Assembly (NCBI GenBank): GCA_001724265.1
Contig: MEDY01000029.1
Location: 62,001-122,548, forward strand
Reading direction: 5' to 3'
Origin: Rhizaria sp. SCN 62-66
Taxonomy: Eukaryota
Length of the DNA: 60,548 bases
The notes under the pieces: generated by a model
Database searches by the model: none
What the model was told of the DNA's origin: nothing
Seen by the model: the letters and a program-made list of their open reading frames with translations, nothing else
Part shown: piece by piece, positions 48,688 through 59,326 of the stretch
Position numbering within the stretch: position 1 is the first letter of the stretch
How the letters are laid out: each line of letters opens with the position of its first letter
Program-made: the position numbers and the translations under genes

Positions 48688-49788
48688 ATGGGTACGTTTT
48701 ACGTGTGTTTTCTATTCTCTTTTTTAAATCACTCCGTCAACCGATATATATCTCTCGCAGCGCTCTCTCTTGCTGACTTCAAACCCACTCACTTTCCACT
48801 CTGTCCCCTTGCTTCCATCGCGCCACTCCTGCTTCGCTTTCCTTGTCTGCCTCGCTCTGCTGCCTGCGCGCCCCGTTTTGCAGACTTTTCCTCCGGCTCC
48901 GGCACGAACCCGCAGCGCCCCGCGCGCAACTACTCGAACACGGTGACGCCCGTGACTGCGCGCCAGATCGCGAGCGCGACCGTGGACCCCTCGGTGCCGA
49001 CGCAGGTGCTGCTCGACGGGCGCCCTGTGCACGCCGTCACGCTCGTCGGCTACGTCATCGAGGTTACCATTGAGTCTACGCAGCAGACGTTCATGATCGA
49101 TGACTCGACGGGCTTCTGTTACGGCCGCCAGCACTTCGACTCGGCCGACGGCTCCGACGACCCCTCCGTGGGCACCTCCGCCTCGGGCGCGCGCCCCGAC
49201 CTCAACCAGCGCTACGTCCGCGTCTTCGGCTCGCTGCGCGTCGACTCGTCCTCGCGCGCGCCCGCGCTGGTGGTCACCCGCGCGACCGAGGTGGCCGAGT
49301 TCAACGAAGTCACGTTCCACTTGCTCGAGGCGCTCCACACACACCTCCGCAACACCCAGGCGCCCCGCGGCGGCGCGGGCGCGGCCGGCGCGGCGCCCTT
49401 TGCCGCCTCCGCGGGCGGGCTCAACCTAGGCGCCGCCCCGGGCATGTCGGGTGCCGCGCTCGGCGGCGGCGCGGGCGCGGGCGCGGGCGGCGCGGCCGTC
49501 TCGGCCCCCGGCGGCGGCCGCAGCCTTGCCGGGACGACCCTGGGCAGCGTGCGGCCCGCGGCGCTGGAGCTGGCCGGCGGCGACCTGGAGCGCGCGATGG
49601 CCGTCGAGGCGCTGATGCAGCTCATGCCGGGCAACGAGAACGGCGTGTCGCGCGCGGCGGCCGTGGAGCGGCTTCGCGACGCCGTGGGCGACGAGGCCGC
49701 GCGCCGCGCGATCGACAACGTCGTCGAGGACGGCACCGTGTACACGACCTTCGACGACGAGCACTACCTTATCTCCGACACCAAGTAA
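48688..49788 (+). CDS. RPA2: Replication protein A 32 kDa subunit
   Basis: TPVTARQI, VTLVG, IDDSTG, YVRVFGSL, FNEVTFHLLE and C-terminal winged helix GTVYTTFDDEHY. First coding exon ATGG 48688-48691, intron 48692-48883, exon 48884-49788. Stop TAA. Confidence 0.92.
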   Translation: MGTFYVCFLFSFLNHSVNRYISLAALSLADFKPTHFPLCPLASIAPLLLRFPCLPRSAACAPRFADFSSGSGTNPQRPARNYSNTVTPVTARQIASATVDPSVPTQVLLDGRPVHAVTLVGYVIEVTIESTQQTFMIDDSTGFCYGRQHFDSADGSDDPSVGTSASGARPDLNQRYVRVFGSLRVDSSSRAPALVVTRATEVAEFNEVTFHLLEALHTHLRNTQAPRGGAGAAGAAPFAASAGGLNLGAAPGMSGAALGGGAGAGAGGAAVSAPGGGRSLAGTTLGSVRPAALELAGGDLERAMAVEALMQLMPGNENGVSRAAAVERLRDAVGDEAARRAIDNVVEDGTVYTTFDDEHYLISDTK

Positions 49789-50704
49789 GCGCGCGACTGC
49801 GAGCGCAAACCAGGAAACGCACAAGCGGCGAAACATGATGAAAAGCTTGTACTTTGCTTTGCTTGATGTTTAGATTGTGGCTGAAGTGTAACGATGATTG
49901 AGGTGGGGGGTTTTTGGTTTATTGATTGACTGATACTTAGTGTTGATGATACTGATATAATAACAGCGGTAGCTATAGATTGCTATTTGCTAAGCACGAC
50001 ATCGGGTGATGTCGTTACGTGCGTTGTTGGTTGGAATAAGTGAGATATCCCTGAGGAACATCTCTGCTAGGATTGCGCAGCTCAGGTGCATGTGCTGTAG
50101 TATGATACATGTGCTGTTGCTGCAACTGCCGTTGCTGCTTTGGCTCTGGCTCTGGCTCAAGTCGACACTCGTGTGTACGCGTGTGTGTGTGACCTGACAG
50201 GGTTCATGTGCACAAACGCTACAGACCGAGACTTGATCACGAGCAGGAGCTGTGGGAAGGTAGGATGTTCCCGTGGGAGTAAAATAATAAAATAAAATAT
50301 GGATTTAAGTTATGGTATATGACTTGATACTGATATAAATGTCACCTAACTTCGTCTCATGTCGATTTGCGCTCGCTATGTATGTGGTATATTGAACCAG
50401 GCGCGAGATAGCGATGGTAGTGGGACCGAAAAATCCTGAGATGGGGGGCTAACGAGAGCAAAAGGGAGGTTCAAGGAGGGCTTAAACTTGGCGGATTAGT
50501 GCTCTATAGCATCGTTAAAAATACTCTAATTTTGTCAACATAGTTAACCGTATGTTTTGGGTCCTGTGATTCATTTGATACTCCCGCATGACGATGGGAA
50601 CCTCTCTAACCTGCCACCCTTTTTGTCTATTTGGCTCTGCCCCTTCTGTGCCTGCTCTTCTCCTTGCAGTGTCACCCCCGCGCTCACACCGCGTCGAGAC
50701 TGGA

Positions 50705-53230
50705 ATGCGGCGCCGTTTCGGTCGTGGGGTCTCCACCCCCGTGTGGATGGCCGCGCTCCTCGCGCTGCTCAGCTGCTTCGTGGCCGTGGCTCCGCTCGCC
50801 CGCGTCGCGGCGGCAGCCGAGGCCACACCACCGCTTCACAACGAGGGTACTGCTGCCTCTGCCTCTGCCTCAGCTGGCAACAGTGCTCGCAGTGGGGCTA
50901 GTGGCAGCGGCAGCGCGTCTGCGTTGCCGCCCCGGCTCACGGTCCTCTCGTCGGGCCTGGAGATCCACACAATCGCCCTCACAGGCTTCCCCCAGCAACA
51001 GCAATCACAACAACAACAGCAGCAACAGCAGCCTCCGCTGCCTGCGTCGCACCCGCTATCGTCGTCGCCGCCGCCGCGCACGGTCTCCCCGGCCGAGGCG
51101 CTGGTGGGCTTCGTCAAGGTCGCTGTGGCCACGGTCACGTTCGACCGCCCCGTGTGGGTGCACCGCGACGCCCTGACGGCGCCCGTGGGCGAACCCGTGC
51201 CCTACGGGTTCATGCCGTCGCCCGCCACCGCCGCACGCGCCGCTAACACCACCGGCGATCTCTACGGCACCGTCGGGCTTGCCCGCCTCGTCTGCGCGCC
51301 CCCGCACTCGCGCTCGCACGCGCACGGCAACGGCAACGGGTCGCTCCACAGCAGGCTCGCTGCCGGCCTCGACTCTGGCTCCGACTCCTATAGTAGCGCT
51401 AGCGGTGCGCTGGTCTTCGACTCGTTCCCGTCGCCGTCGCAGTCGCACGCGCCCCCGCGCTTCCTCGTCCCCTCGGAGCACCTCAGCCTCTACCTGTCCG
51501 AGCTGCCCGCGGTGACCGCCGCGCTCCCCGGACTCATGGCGTGCCCCGCCTCCACTCATAACGGCAGCTCGAGCCCCTCGAGCCCGCCGAGCTCGTCTAG
51601 TTCTAGCTCCAGTGGCCCCGGGGCGTCGCAGCTGTCGTTCGTGCTGCTCATGTCGCACTCGCGCGCCGGCCTGCCCTCGCTCGAGCACCTCACCGACGCC
51701 GACCTTGCCTCGTGCCGGCTGGCCTTCCCCCCGCGCCGCGCGCAGGGATGGCGGCCCGCCGGCGCGCTCGCCGCGGCCGCTGACGCCGACGCACCCGTGT
51801 TCGCCGGCTCGGTACCGCTGCCCCTCGTCCAGCGCCAGGCGCGCGAGCACTTCTACCGCACCTACAACAGCAACAAGAACGACAACGACGCCAACGCTGT
51901 CAATGCGACGAGCGCGAGCGCGAGCGCGAGCGCGAGCGTCTCTGGCCGCCGCCTGCGCCGGCCCTTGCCGGGCCCCGGCGCGCTGAGCGACGCGCGCGCG
52001 GCCCTGGGCCTGTGCTGGACGGGCGCGCGCGGCGGCTTCGCGGGCTTCCGCGCCCCGGCCCGCGAGCGGCTGCTGCCGGCCGACGCCGCCGTCAAGCGCG
52101 CGCTCGAGATGGGCACCGAGGACCTGCTGTCGGGCCGCGCGCAGGCGCTGCTCGCGGGACCCTCGTTCCCCGTCGCTCACGGCGCGGCTGACGCCGTGCA
52201 CGGGGGTGTGGGCGGGGAGTTTTTCGGTCCCGTGACCTTCCTGCAGCACCAGAGCCTCGTCTTCGACCGCTCCAACACCCGCGCCAACGGCAACGCGAAT
52301 ATGAAGGCTGGCGGCGAGCGGTTCTTCGGCGAGAACTCGCTGGCCGCCGGGCTGGTCGCCGACTCGCTGTCGTCGTCGCTGGTTGTGCACTCGGAGCCGT
52401 GGGTGCTGTCGCTGCTCGAGACGGGCTCCGAGCTCTCGCACGACGCGACGCTGCGCTCCATGGGCGCCGCGGGCAACATGATGATGGGGCTGCTCTCGGG
52501 CGCCTTCGCCCCCGCCATCAAGCCGCTGGTTCCGGGCGTGTCTGCGGCGACGTCGGGCGACGTGCAGGGCGCGTTGATGGATCCTGTCGAGAACCACATC
52601 GTGCAGGAAGTCTCGCAGGGCATCATCGACGCGCTGGAGCCGCTGCTGACGGGCGAGATCGCGCTGTCGGTGGTGCCGGCGCTGATCGAGACCATCACGG
52701 ACGAGACGATCGAGGGCGCGGCGCTCGAGATCGCGGACCAGGTGGCGCTGGACGCGACGCCCATCCTCACGCGTGACATCACCAAGCGAGTCACGCGCAA
52801 GCTGGTGCCCTTCGTAGCCGAGAGCATCTCGACGCTGTCGGCGATCGAGATCGTCAAGAACCTGACGCGGCCGCTGGCGTCGGTGTTGCCGCGCGCGCTG
52901 GCGCACGCCATTGTGCCCGCGCTGTCGCAGACGCTGACGCTGAGCCCCGACCAGCACGAGCACTGCTACAAGTGCGTGATCCTCGCCGACGCCATGGCGT
53001 GCATGCAGTGCCCCGAGGACAAAAAGAGCACCGACGCCTTCGGGCTGCCCCCGTCGCTGTACTACGCGCTCTACTACACGGGCTACTACTCGACCTACTT
53101 TGGCGGCTACTACGCCGACGTCTTCGCCAACAGCCCCGGGCTGCGCGTCGTGCGCAGGCGCGTGCTCGACCCCAACGACCCCGTGCCCGACCCCATGGGC
53201 TTCGAAGGCGATGGGCCCGGACAGATCTGA
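50705..53230 (+). CDS. Putative secreted protein of unknown function with Cys cluster and Tyr-rich C-terminal motif
   Basis: Signal-like MAALLALLSCFVAVAPLARVAAA; C-terminal CYKC...CMQC and YYALYYTGYYSTYFGGYY. Stop TGA. Start uncertain. Confidence 0.7.
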   Translation: MRRRFGRGVSTPVWMAALLALLSCFVAVAPLARVAAAAEATPPLHNEGTAASASASAGNSARSGASGSGSASALPPRLTVLSSGLEIHTIALTGFPQQQQSQQQQQQQQPPLPASHPLSSSPPPRTVSPAEALVGFVKVAVATVTFDRPVWVHRDALTAPVGEPVPYGFMPSPATAARAANTTGDLYGTVGLARLVCAPPHSRSHAHGNGNGSLHSRLAAGLDSGSDSYSSASGALVFDSFPSPSQSHAPPRFLVPSEHLSLYLSELPAVTAALPGLMACPASTHNGSSSPSSPPSSSSSSSSGPGASQLSFVLLMSHSRAGLPSLEHLTDADLASCRLAFPPRRAQGWRPAGALAAAADADAPVFAGSVPLPLVQRQAREHFYRTYNSNKNDNDANAVNATSASASASASVSGRRLRRPLPGPGALSDARAALGLCWTGARGGFAGFRAPARERLLPADAAVKRALEMGTEDLLSGRAQALLAGPSFPVAHGAADAVHGGVGGEFFGPVTFLQHQSLVFDRSNTRANGNANMKAGGERFFGENSLAAGLVADSLSSSLVVHSEPWVLSLLETGSELSHDATLRSMGAAGNMMMGLLSGAFAPAIKPLVPGVSAATSGDVQGALMDPVENHIVQEVSQGIIDALEPLLTGEIALSVVPALIETITDETIEGAALEIADQVALDATPILTRDITKRVTRKLVPFVAESISTLSAIEIVKNLTRPLASVLPRALAHAIVPALSQTLTLSPDQHEHCYKCVILADAMACMQCPEDKKSTDAFGLPPSLYYALYYTGYYSTYFGGYYADVFANSPGLRVVRRRVLDPNDPVPDPMGFEGDGPGQI

Positions 53231-53515
53231 GCGCGCCGCGGCGGAGAAGCGCATTGTGCGTGCAGGGGGGCGGTGGACTGAGCGAGTGCGTGTGGTGCGT
53301 GGCGGGCCAGGCCTCGAGACACGCGAGTGGTTGTTGTGATGCTAAATTGGTGGTTTGATGCGCACGTATGAATAATAGTGCAGATGTGTGTTTGTGCATA
53401 ATAACAATCATGGTGTTTTATTATGATAATAAGAATAATATAAATTCTGGCAATAAATAGTTTCTTTCTTTTGTTTCACAACTTACAACGCACAACAGAA
53501 CAGTCCAGCAACTCT

Positions 53516-56500
53516 TTACTTGCTGTACCAAAAGTCACGCTTGTTGTTGTGTCCTCCGCCGTTGCTGCTGCTGCTGCTGCCGCTCTTGCCCTTGCCCTGA
53601 CCTTGACCTCGACCGTGGCCGTAACCCTTGTTGTAGGCCTTCACAGGCGGCGGCTCGTTAAAGAGCACGTCCCGCACCGACGCCGAGTAGCCGCCGCCGA
53701 AGCCGCCCTTGCCACCGTCACTGCTCCCGCGACTGCTACCAGCGCTGCGGCTGCTGTTGCTGGTGCTGCTGCTGCTGGTACTCTTGCCGTCGCGCGGGCC
53801 CTGGGACTGCTGCTTCTGCGGCCTCTTGTAATCACTACCGTTGCTACCGCGGCCGCTGTTGCTGTTGCTGTTGTTGCTGTTGCTGTTGCTGTTGTTGTTC
53901 CTGTTATTGTCCATGGTGCGGTTGAACCGGACAAAGTTGTTGTAGTTGTGCGCGTTTTCCTCGCTGATGCGCGCCGCGCGCGCCGCGTCGGCCTCGGCAG
54001 CAGCGGCCTTGCGCGCGCGCTCGGCCTCCTTACGACGCGCCGTCCGCTCGCGGTTGCGCTGCGCCTCGGCCTCGACCTCGGCAGCGCGCGCCGCAGCGGC
54101 CTCATCCTGCCGTGCGCGCCGCGCCGCCTTGGCCTCGCGCTTCAGCGCCGCGCGCGCCAGCAGCCACCGCGCGCGCTGCTCGGGGTCCGCGCCGTCACCT
54201 GCGTCTGCGCCCTCGTCGGCCTCCGCCTCAGCCTCAGCAAGAGTGGCGTTGTCAGCGCCGTCAGCGGCGGTGTCAATGAGAGCGGCGACGCGCGGGGGCG
54301 GCCCGGACAGCAGCGCGGCGGCCTCCAGCGCGCGCAGCGCAGCCGAGGGCGCGACGACGTAGGGCGCGGCGCCGGGTTCCGCTCCGGTGGACACGGATAG
54401 GCCCGCGGCCAGCTCGTCGATGCTAGCGGCAGAAGCAGGAGCAGCAGCGGCAGCGGCAGCAGCAGCAGCGGGCGCAGACTCAGCGGACGCAGCAAACACG
54501 GCGGCCCCGGCGGCGGGGTGCGCCCTGCGCGCAGGCGCGGCCGCGGGGACGACGGCGCCGTCGGCCGTGAAGGGCTGGCCGTGCTGCCACCCGCGCAGCG
54601 TCGTCGTCAGCGCCACAGCGCTCGTAGAATCAGCGTCAGCGGTAGAGTCCGCAGCGGCGGTGTGGGAGTCAGCGGCGCGGCGGCCGGTCGCGGCGTCCAC
54701 GCCCGTGTCGATGCTGAAGGACATGTTGGCCGCGAATGCAGAGTCGGCGGCCGCGCTCGCGGGCGCGGCGGCAGCCTCGGCGGCGGCGGCGAACGCGGCC
54801 TCAGAGGCCTCCGCGGCGGCCTTGGCGGCGGAGCGGGCCTCGGCAGCGCGCTCGCGCGCCTTGACGACGCTCGCGGGCACCACTGGCTCCGCGGGCTCCG
54901 CGGCGGCCGCCATAGTAGAGGCTGGGGCAGCGAGCTCCTCGCGCGAGACGCCCAGCCCGCCGCCGCGCTTGCCGCGCTTCACGGGCACGATCACCGGCCC
55001 AGCGGGCAAGCCGGCACTGGCGTCGGCGGCGGCGCCGGGCGCGAGGCCGGCCTCCTGCTCGGCCCGGAGCACCGCGGCGTCGGCGGCGTCCGCGGCGCGC
55101 GCGGCGCCCTTCGCGGCGCGCTCGGCGGCGGCGGCCAGCTCGGCTTGCACGGCGGCGGGGTGATCCTCCGGGACCGTGAGCCCGGTCGACAGGCGCAGGA
55201 AGCGCCGCGGGCGCGCGCGCAGCAGGGCGCCCGAGCCCAGGTCGAGCAGGTGCCCGTGCGAGAGCACCGTGGGCCGGAAGCGCACGGCGGCCACGGCCGC
55301 GGCGGCGCGCAGCACCGAGCGCGCGCGCGGCGGCAGCGCAGACAGCATCGCGGTGGCGGTGTCCGCGGGCGCGGGCTCCAGGCCGCCGACCTGGGCGTCC
55401 GCGCCCGGGTCAGCAGTTGCAATCGCATTAACGTCGACGTCAGAGAGAACGCCCCACTCCTCGGCCTCCTCCGCATCAATCACCGCATCATCCGCTTGCT
55501 CATGCTCATGTGTCTCCACAAGCCCATGCTGCTGCTGCTGCTGCTCCTCGCGCATCATGTCCCTGACGGCGGCGTGCGCGCCTGAGGCCGCGGCGGCGGC
55601 GCGGGTGCCAGTGGGGCACTGGACGACTGTGAGCACGAGAGCGCCCTGCTGCTGCGAACGCGTGCGGTCCACGCGGCCGGCGCGGTGCACGTAGCTCCAG
55701 GGGTCCTCTGGCGCGCCCAGGTTGATCACGCAAGCGACGCCGCTCGTGTCGACGCCACGTGCGACCATGTTGGTGGCCACCACCACGCGCACGGCCCCGC
55801 GCCGCGCCGCCGCCAGCGCGCGCCGGCGCTCGTCGCGGTGCGAACCCGCGGCCAGCCCCACGGCGGCAACGCCCTTGGCGCGCAGCGCAGCTGCCAGCGC
55901 GGGCACGCGCGCGTGCTCGTTGACAAAGACGAGCGCGCAGCGCGGCTCGAGCGCGGCGAGCAGGCGCGTCACGGTGTTGGCGTCGGCGGCCGCGAGCGTG
56001 CCCAGCGCAGCCAGCGCGGGGTGCCGCGCCTCGAGCGCGGCCAGCTCCACGGCGGCGTTCTCGGCCTCCTCGGCCGCGTCGCGGCTGCGCGCCTTGCTCA
56101 GCGCAGCGGACTGCTGCTGCTGCTGCTTGTCGTTGTCGTTGTTCTTGCTATGCTTGCCGTGCTTGCCGTCCCTGCCCTTGCCCGCGCCCCTGCCGTCCCG
56201 CTCGTCGCCCTGCGACGGCACCAGCAGGGCCTCGGCGCGCGCGGCGTCGCCCGGAAAGCGCAGCGGGACCCAGGCCGCCAGCTCCGGCCCGCGCACTTGC
56301 GCCGGCGCGGCGAGCAGGTGTGCGGGCACGGCCAGCGGCAGCACAGCGTGGCGCAGCGTCGCGGGCAGCAGCCGCTCGCGCTGCGCCTCGACCGCGCGCC
56401 GGATGTTGGCCAGCAGCAGCGGCGACGTGAAGCGGCCCCACCCGCCCACCGCGCGGCTCGAGACCAGGTGCCCGCCGCGATTGCCCACAGTGCTGGGGTT

Positions 56501-59326
56501 TACGCCTGCGCTCTCGGGCGCAGTCTCAGAGTCGGTGGCAGAGTCGTGCTCACCGCCGCTCTCGGTCTCGGCGTCAGCGGGGCCGTGCGTGCGGAGCGCC
56601 TCTGGGTCGAAGAGCGAGACGGCTGAAAGCGCGAAGTTGGCCGGCGCGGCGCCGGGGCTGGCCGAGACGGCGCGCGCGGTGATCAGGTAGGGATTGTTCA
56701 GCGCCTCGGCGGCGACGCGCAGCAGCAGCGGCGTGACCGTAGCCGAAACCCACACGCTCCGCAGCGGTGCAGCGACGTAGGGCCAGTCGGCGGTGGGCTT
56801 GGGCAGCCCGCGCAGCCCCGCGGCGAGCTGCATCCGCCGCAGCTCCTGCGCGAATAGCAGCGCGAGCAGCGTGTGGCGCCAGTGTGCGCGCTGCACAGCG
56901 TAGTCGGCCTCGTCCAGCACCAGCGTGCGCACATGGCGCGCCTCGAAGCGGCGCACGACGCTGCCGTCGGGCTGCCGCACCGCGCCCGCGGGCTCGCGCA
57001 AGCGCCGCCGCACCGCCGCGCGCTCGTCGCCGTAGAGCCCCAGCGAGTAGCGCGACAGGAACGCCGCCGCGGACGCGCCCGCCGACGCCGAAGACGCCAG
57101 CGGGTTGAACTCCGTGTCCGCGTCGCCCTCAGCGTCGCTGGCGAACAGCTCGGCGTCGGCGTTGGCGGTCGCGGCGGCGTCGGCGTCGGTCTCGTAGTCG
57201 GCCGCGATTGTCCCGGGCGCGGAACGGGTAAAGGCGAAGTTGGTCTCGCCAACATCGTCGGCGTCCTCGTCCTCGTCAGCCTCGTCTACTTCGTCAGCCT
57301 CGGCCTCGGCCTCCGCAGCGGTGTTGGCCTCGGCCAGGAGCGCGTCCTCGTCGGCCTCCATCTCAGCCTCGGTCACTAACACCGGCACAGGCGCAGTCGC
57401 GGGCGCAGCAGACTTGCGCTTAGAGTGGCTGCTGTCGCTCTTGACGGCCGCGTCCTCACTTTGACTCTGGCTCGAACTCTGAGTCTGGGTCTTGCCCTTG
57501 CGCTTGCTGGCGGGAAAGTCAGCTGCGTCGTCATCAGCGACAACGTCATCACCAGCAGCCTCGCCAGCATCGGCGCCGTCACGGCCCCCGCGGTCGCCGC
57601 GGTCCCTGCGCGAGGCGCGCAGACTGGCCGTGACGGCCGCGCGCAGCCGCGCCCGGCGCAGCACGGCGGCGCGCGCGGCGGGCGACGCGGCCTCCGAGTA
57701 GGCCTCGGCGTCGTCGCCCGTGAGCACAAAGTCGGCACTCTCGGCGTCCTGCCGGCTCACGTCCAGCCCCTCGGCGGAGCCCAGCACGCGCACGCGCGCG
57801 CGCGCGCCCGCCGCCGCCGCCGTCGCCGCCGCCACCGCCGCGGCCAGCTCGCGGTCCGCGCGGCCGCTCTCGCCCTCCGCGCCGTCCTTGTCCCTGCTCT
57901 TGTCCGTGGCCACGGCGGCGGCCTGTGCGCGCGCCTGCAGCGCGAGGAAGCGCGCGATCTGCTCCGCGGTGAAGCCAAGGTCCGCCAGCTCGGCGGGTCC
58001 CGCGGTCACACCCGCCAGCGCCGCCGCGTCCGCCGCCGCGCGCGCCGCCCGCCGGCCCGCGCGCGTCATGGCAACGGAGCCATCGCCACCACCGCCGGCC
58101 TTCCTGCCGCCGGCCCTCTTGCCGGCCCTGCCACGGGCGCCCGCGCCCGCGCCCGCGTCCCTGTGCGCGTGCGTGAGCATTTGCGCGAAGAGCTTCGGCG
58201 TGGTCACCACGACGTGCGGCGTCGTCTCGGGGCGCGCGAAGGCCGAGGCGGGCCCCAGCAGCGCGCCAACGGCGCCGCCCACGCGCGCCACCCGCACGGC
58301 GCCGCGGCGCGTCGCGGCGGCGGCGGCCAGCGCGGCGATGGCGTGGTAGGTCTGCACGGCCAGCTCGCGCGTGGGGCAGAGCACAACGGCCTGCGTAGCG
58401 CCCACGCCCACGTCGACCGACTGCAGCAGCGGGACGGCGTAGGCGAGCGTCTTGCCCGAGCCCGTCATGTCCTGCACCAGCACGTCGTAGTGCGCCGGCA
58501 GCGCAACGCCCGCGCGCGCCGCCAGCGAGGGCGCGGGCGTGAAGCCCTGCGAGTGCGCGCGCGCGGGCAGCAGGTGCGGCAGCGCGGCCAGCTGCACGGC
58601 CGTGGGGTGCCGGAAGCCGGCCTCGTGGAGCCGCGGCCAGAGCTGCGGGGCCACCCCCAGCCGCGTGAAGGTCAGGTACGGAAGTGCCGCCACCGGGATG
58701 GACGCGAACGGCACGCCGCGAAACATCGCCGCCGTTGCCGCGGCCGCCGCCGCGCGCGGAGACACGGCCCCCGCCGCGCTCTCTACGCCGGGCGCGCTCT
58801 GTGAGCCGGCAACGCTCGCACCGCGGGGCCTGTTCTTGGCCGCCGCAGTCGTCGGCACGTCGGTCTCGTCGGCTGCAATGGCGGCAGCAGGTGTGGCGTC
58901 AGTCGCGGAGGCGGCAGAGCGGGCGGCGTGCGCGGCGGCAGTGCCGCGGACGACGGCGGCCAGAAACGGGTCAGCCGACGCCGATGCCGACGCCGACACT
59001 GCGCCAGCGCCATAGCGAGCGCCTGTGGCGGAGGCCGCGGCGGTGGCTGCCGCGGTGGCCGCGGCGGTGCGGGTCAGGCGCTCGGGCTTTCGCGAGAGCC
59101 CGGGCTTCGTGTAGGAGATGTGCGCCGCGGGCGTCGCAAACACAGAGGCGGAGCCAGAGCCAGAGACTGCGGCGGAGGCGGTAGAGGCAGCAGAGGCGCT
59201 GGTGCTGCTGGCGAAAGCGAAGAGCGCGGGCTGCGGCTGCGGCAGAGGGCCTGAGAGCGCAACGGCGCTGTGGACATCAAACGCCAGGCGCTGCACGCCA
59301 CGCGCTAGGCTCACGCGGAAAGACAT
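53516..59326 (-). CDS. DEAD-box RNA helicase, probably mitochondrial, 1936 aa with large insertions
   Basis: GFRHPTAVQ, TGSGKT, PTRELA, VLDEAD, SAT, LVFVN, ARGVD and HRAGR. N-terminus MSFRVSLARGVQRL is presequence-like. Stop TAA. Confidence 0.9.
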   Translation of the reverse strand: MSFRVSLARGVQRLAFDVHSAVALSGPLPQPQPALFAFASSTSASAASTASAAVSGSGSASVFATPAAHISYTKPGLSRKPERLTRTAAATAAATAAASATGARYGAGAVSASASASADPFLAAVVRGTAAAHAARSAASATDATPAAAIAADETDVPTTAAAKNRPRGASVAGSQSAPGVESAAGAVSPRAAAAAATAAMFRGVPFASIPVAALPYLTFTRLGVAPQLWPRLHEAGFRHPTAVQLAALPHLLPARAHSQGFTPAPSLAARAGVALPAHYDVLVQDMTGSGKTLAYAVPLLQSVDVGVGATQAVVLCPTRELAVQTYHAIAALAAAAATRRGAVRVARVGGAVGALLGPASAFARPETTPHVVVTTPKLFAQMLTHAHRDAGAGAGARGRAGKRAGGRKAGGGGDGSVAMTRAGRRAARAAADAAALAGVTAGPAELADLGFTAEQIARFLALQARAQAAAVATDKSRDKDGAEGESGRADRELAAAVAAATAAAAGARARVRVLGSAEGLDVSRQDAESADFVLTGDDAEAYSEAASPAARAAVLRRARLRAAVTASLRASRRDRGDRGGRDGADAGEAAGDDVVADDDAADFPASKRKGKTQTQSSSQSQSEDAAVKSDSSHSKRKSAAPATAPVPVLVTEAEMEADEDALLAEANTAAEAEAEADEVDEADEDEDADDVGETNFAFTRSAPGTIAADYETDADAAATANADAELFASDAEGDADTEFNPLASSASAGASAAAFLSRYSLGLYGDERAAVRRRLREPAGAVRQPDGSVVRRFEARHVRTLVLDEADYAVQRAHWRHTLLALLFAQELRRMQLAAGLRGLPKPTADWPYVAAPLRSVWVSATVTPLLLRVAAEALNNPYLITARAVSASPGAAPANFALSAVSLFDPEALRTHGPADAETESGGEHDSATDSETAPESAGVNPSTVGNRGGHLVSSRAVGGWGRFTSPLLLANIRRAVEAQRERLLPATLRHAVLPLAVPAHLLAAPAQVRGPELAAWVPLRFPGDAARAEALLVPSQGDERDGRGAGKGRDGKHGKHSKNNDNDKQQQQQSAALSKARSRDAAEEAENAAVELAALEARHPALAALGTLAAADANTVTRLLAALEPRCALVFVNEHARVPALAAALRAKGVAAVGLAAGSHRDERRRALAAARRGAVRVVVATNMVARGVDTSGVACVINLGAPEDPWSYVHRAGRVDRTRSQQQGALVLTVVQCPTGTRAAAAASGAHAAVRDMMREEQQQQQHGLVETHEHEQADDAVIDAEEAEEWGVLSDVDVNAIATADPGADAQVGGLEPAPADTATAMLSALPPRARSVLRAAAAVAAVRFRPTVLSHGHLLDLGSGALLRARPRRFLRLSTGLTVPEDHPAAVQAELAAAAERAAKGAARAADAADAAVLRAEQEAGLAPGAAADASAGLPAGPVIVPVKRGKRGGGLGVSREELAAPASTMAAAAEPAEPVVPASVVKARERAAEARSAAKAAAEASEAAFAAAAEAAAAPASAAADSAFAANMSFSIDTGVDAATGRRAADSHTAAADSTADADSTSAVALTTTLRGWQHGQPFTADGAVVPAAAPARRAHPAAGAAVFAASAESAPAAAAAAAAAAPASAASIDELAAGLSVSTGAEPGAAPYVVAPSAALRALEAAALLSGPPPRVAALIDTAADGADNATLAEAEAEADEGADAGDGADPEQRARWLLARAALKREAKAARRARQDEAAAARAAEVEAEAQRNRERTARRKEAERARKAAAAEADAARAARISEENAHNYNNFVRFNRTMDNNRNNNSNSNSNNSNSNSGRGSNGSDYKRPQKQQSQGPRDGKSTSSSSTSNSSRSAGSSRGSSDGGKGGFGGGYSASVRDVLFNEPPPVKAYNKGYGHGRGQGQGKGKSGSSSSSNGGGHNNKRDFWYSK

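Noticed and set aside
29477-49788. Functional clustering (PNG1+ALG13; DONSON+RPA2)
   Set aside because: Interspersed with unrelated housekeeping genes and compatible with chance.
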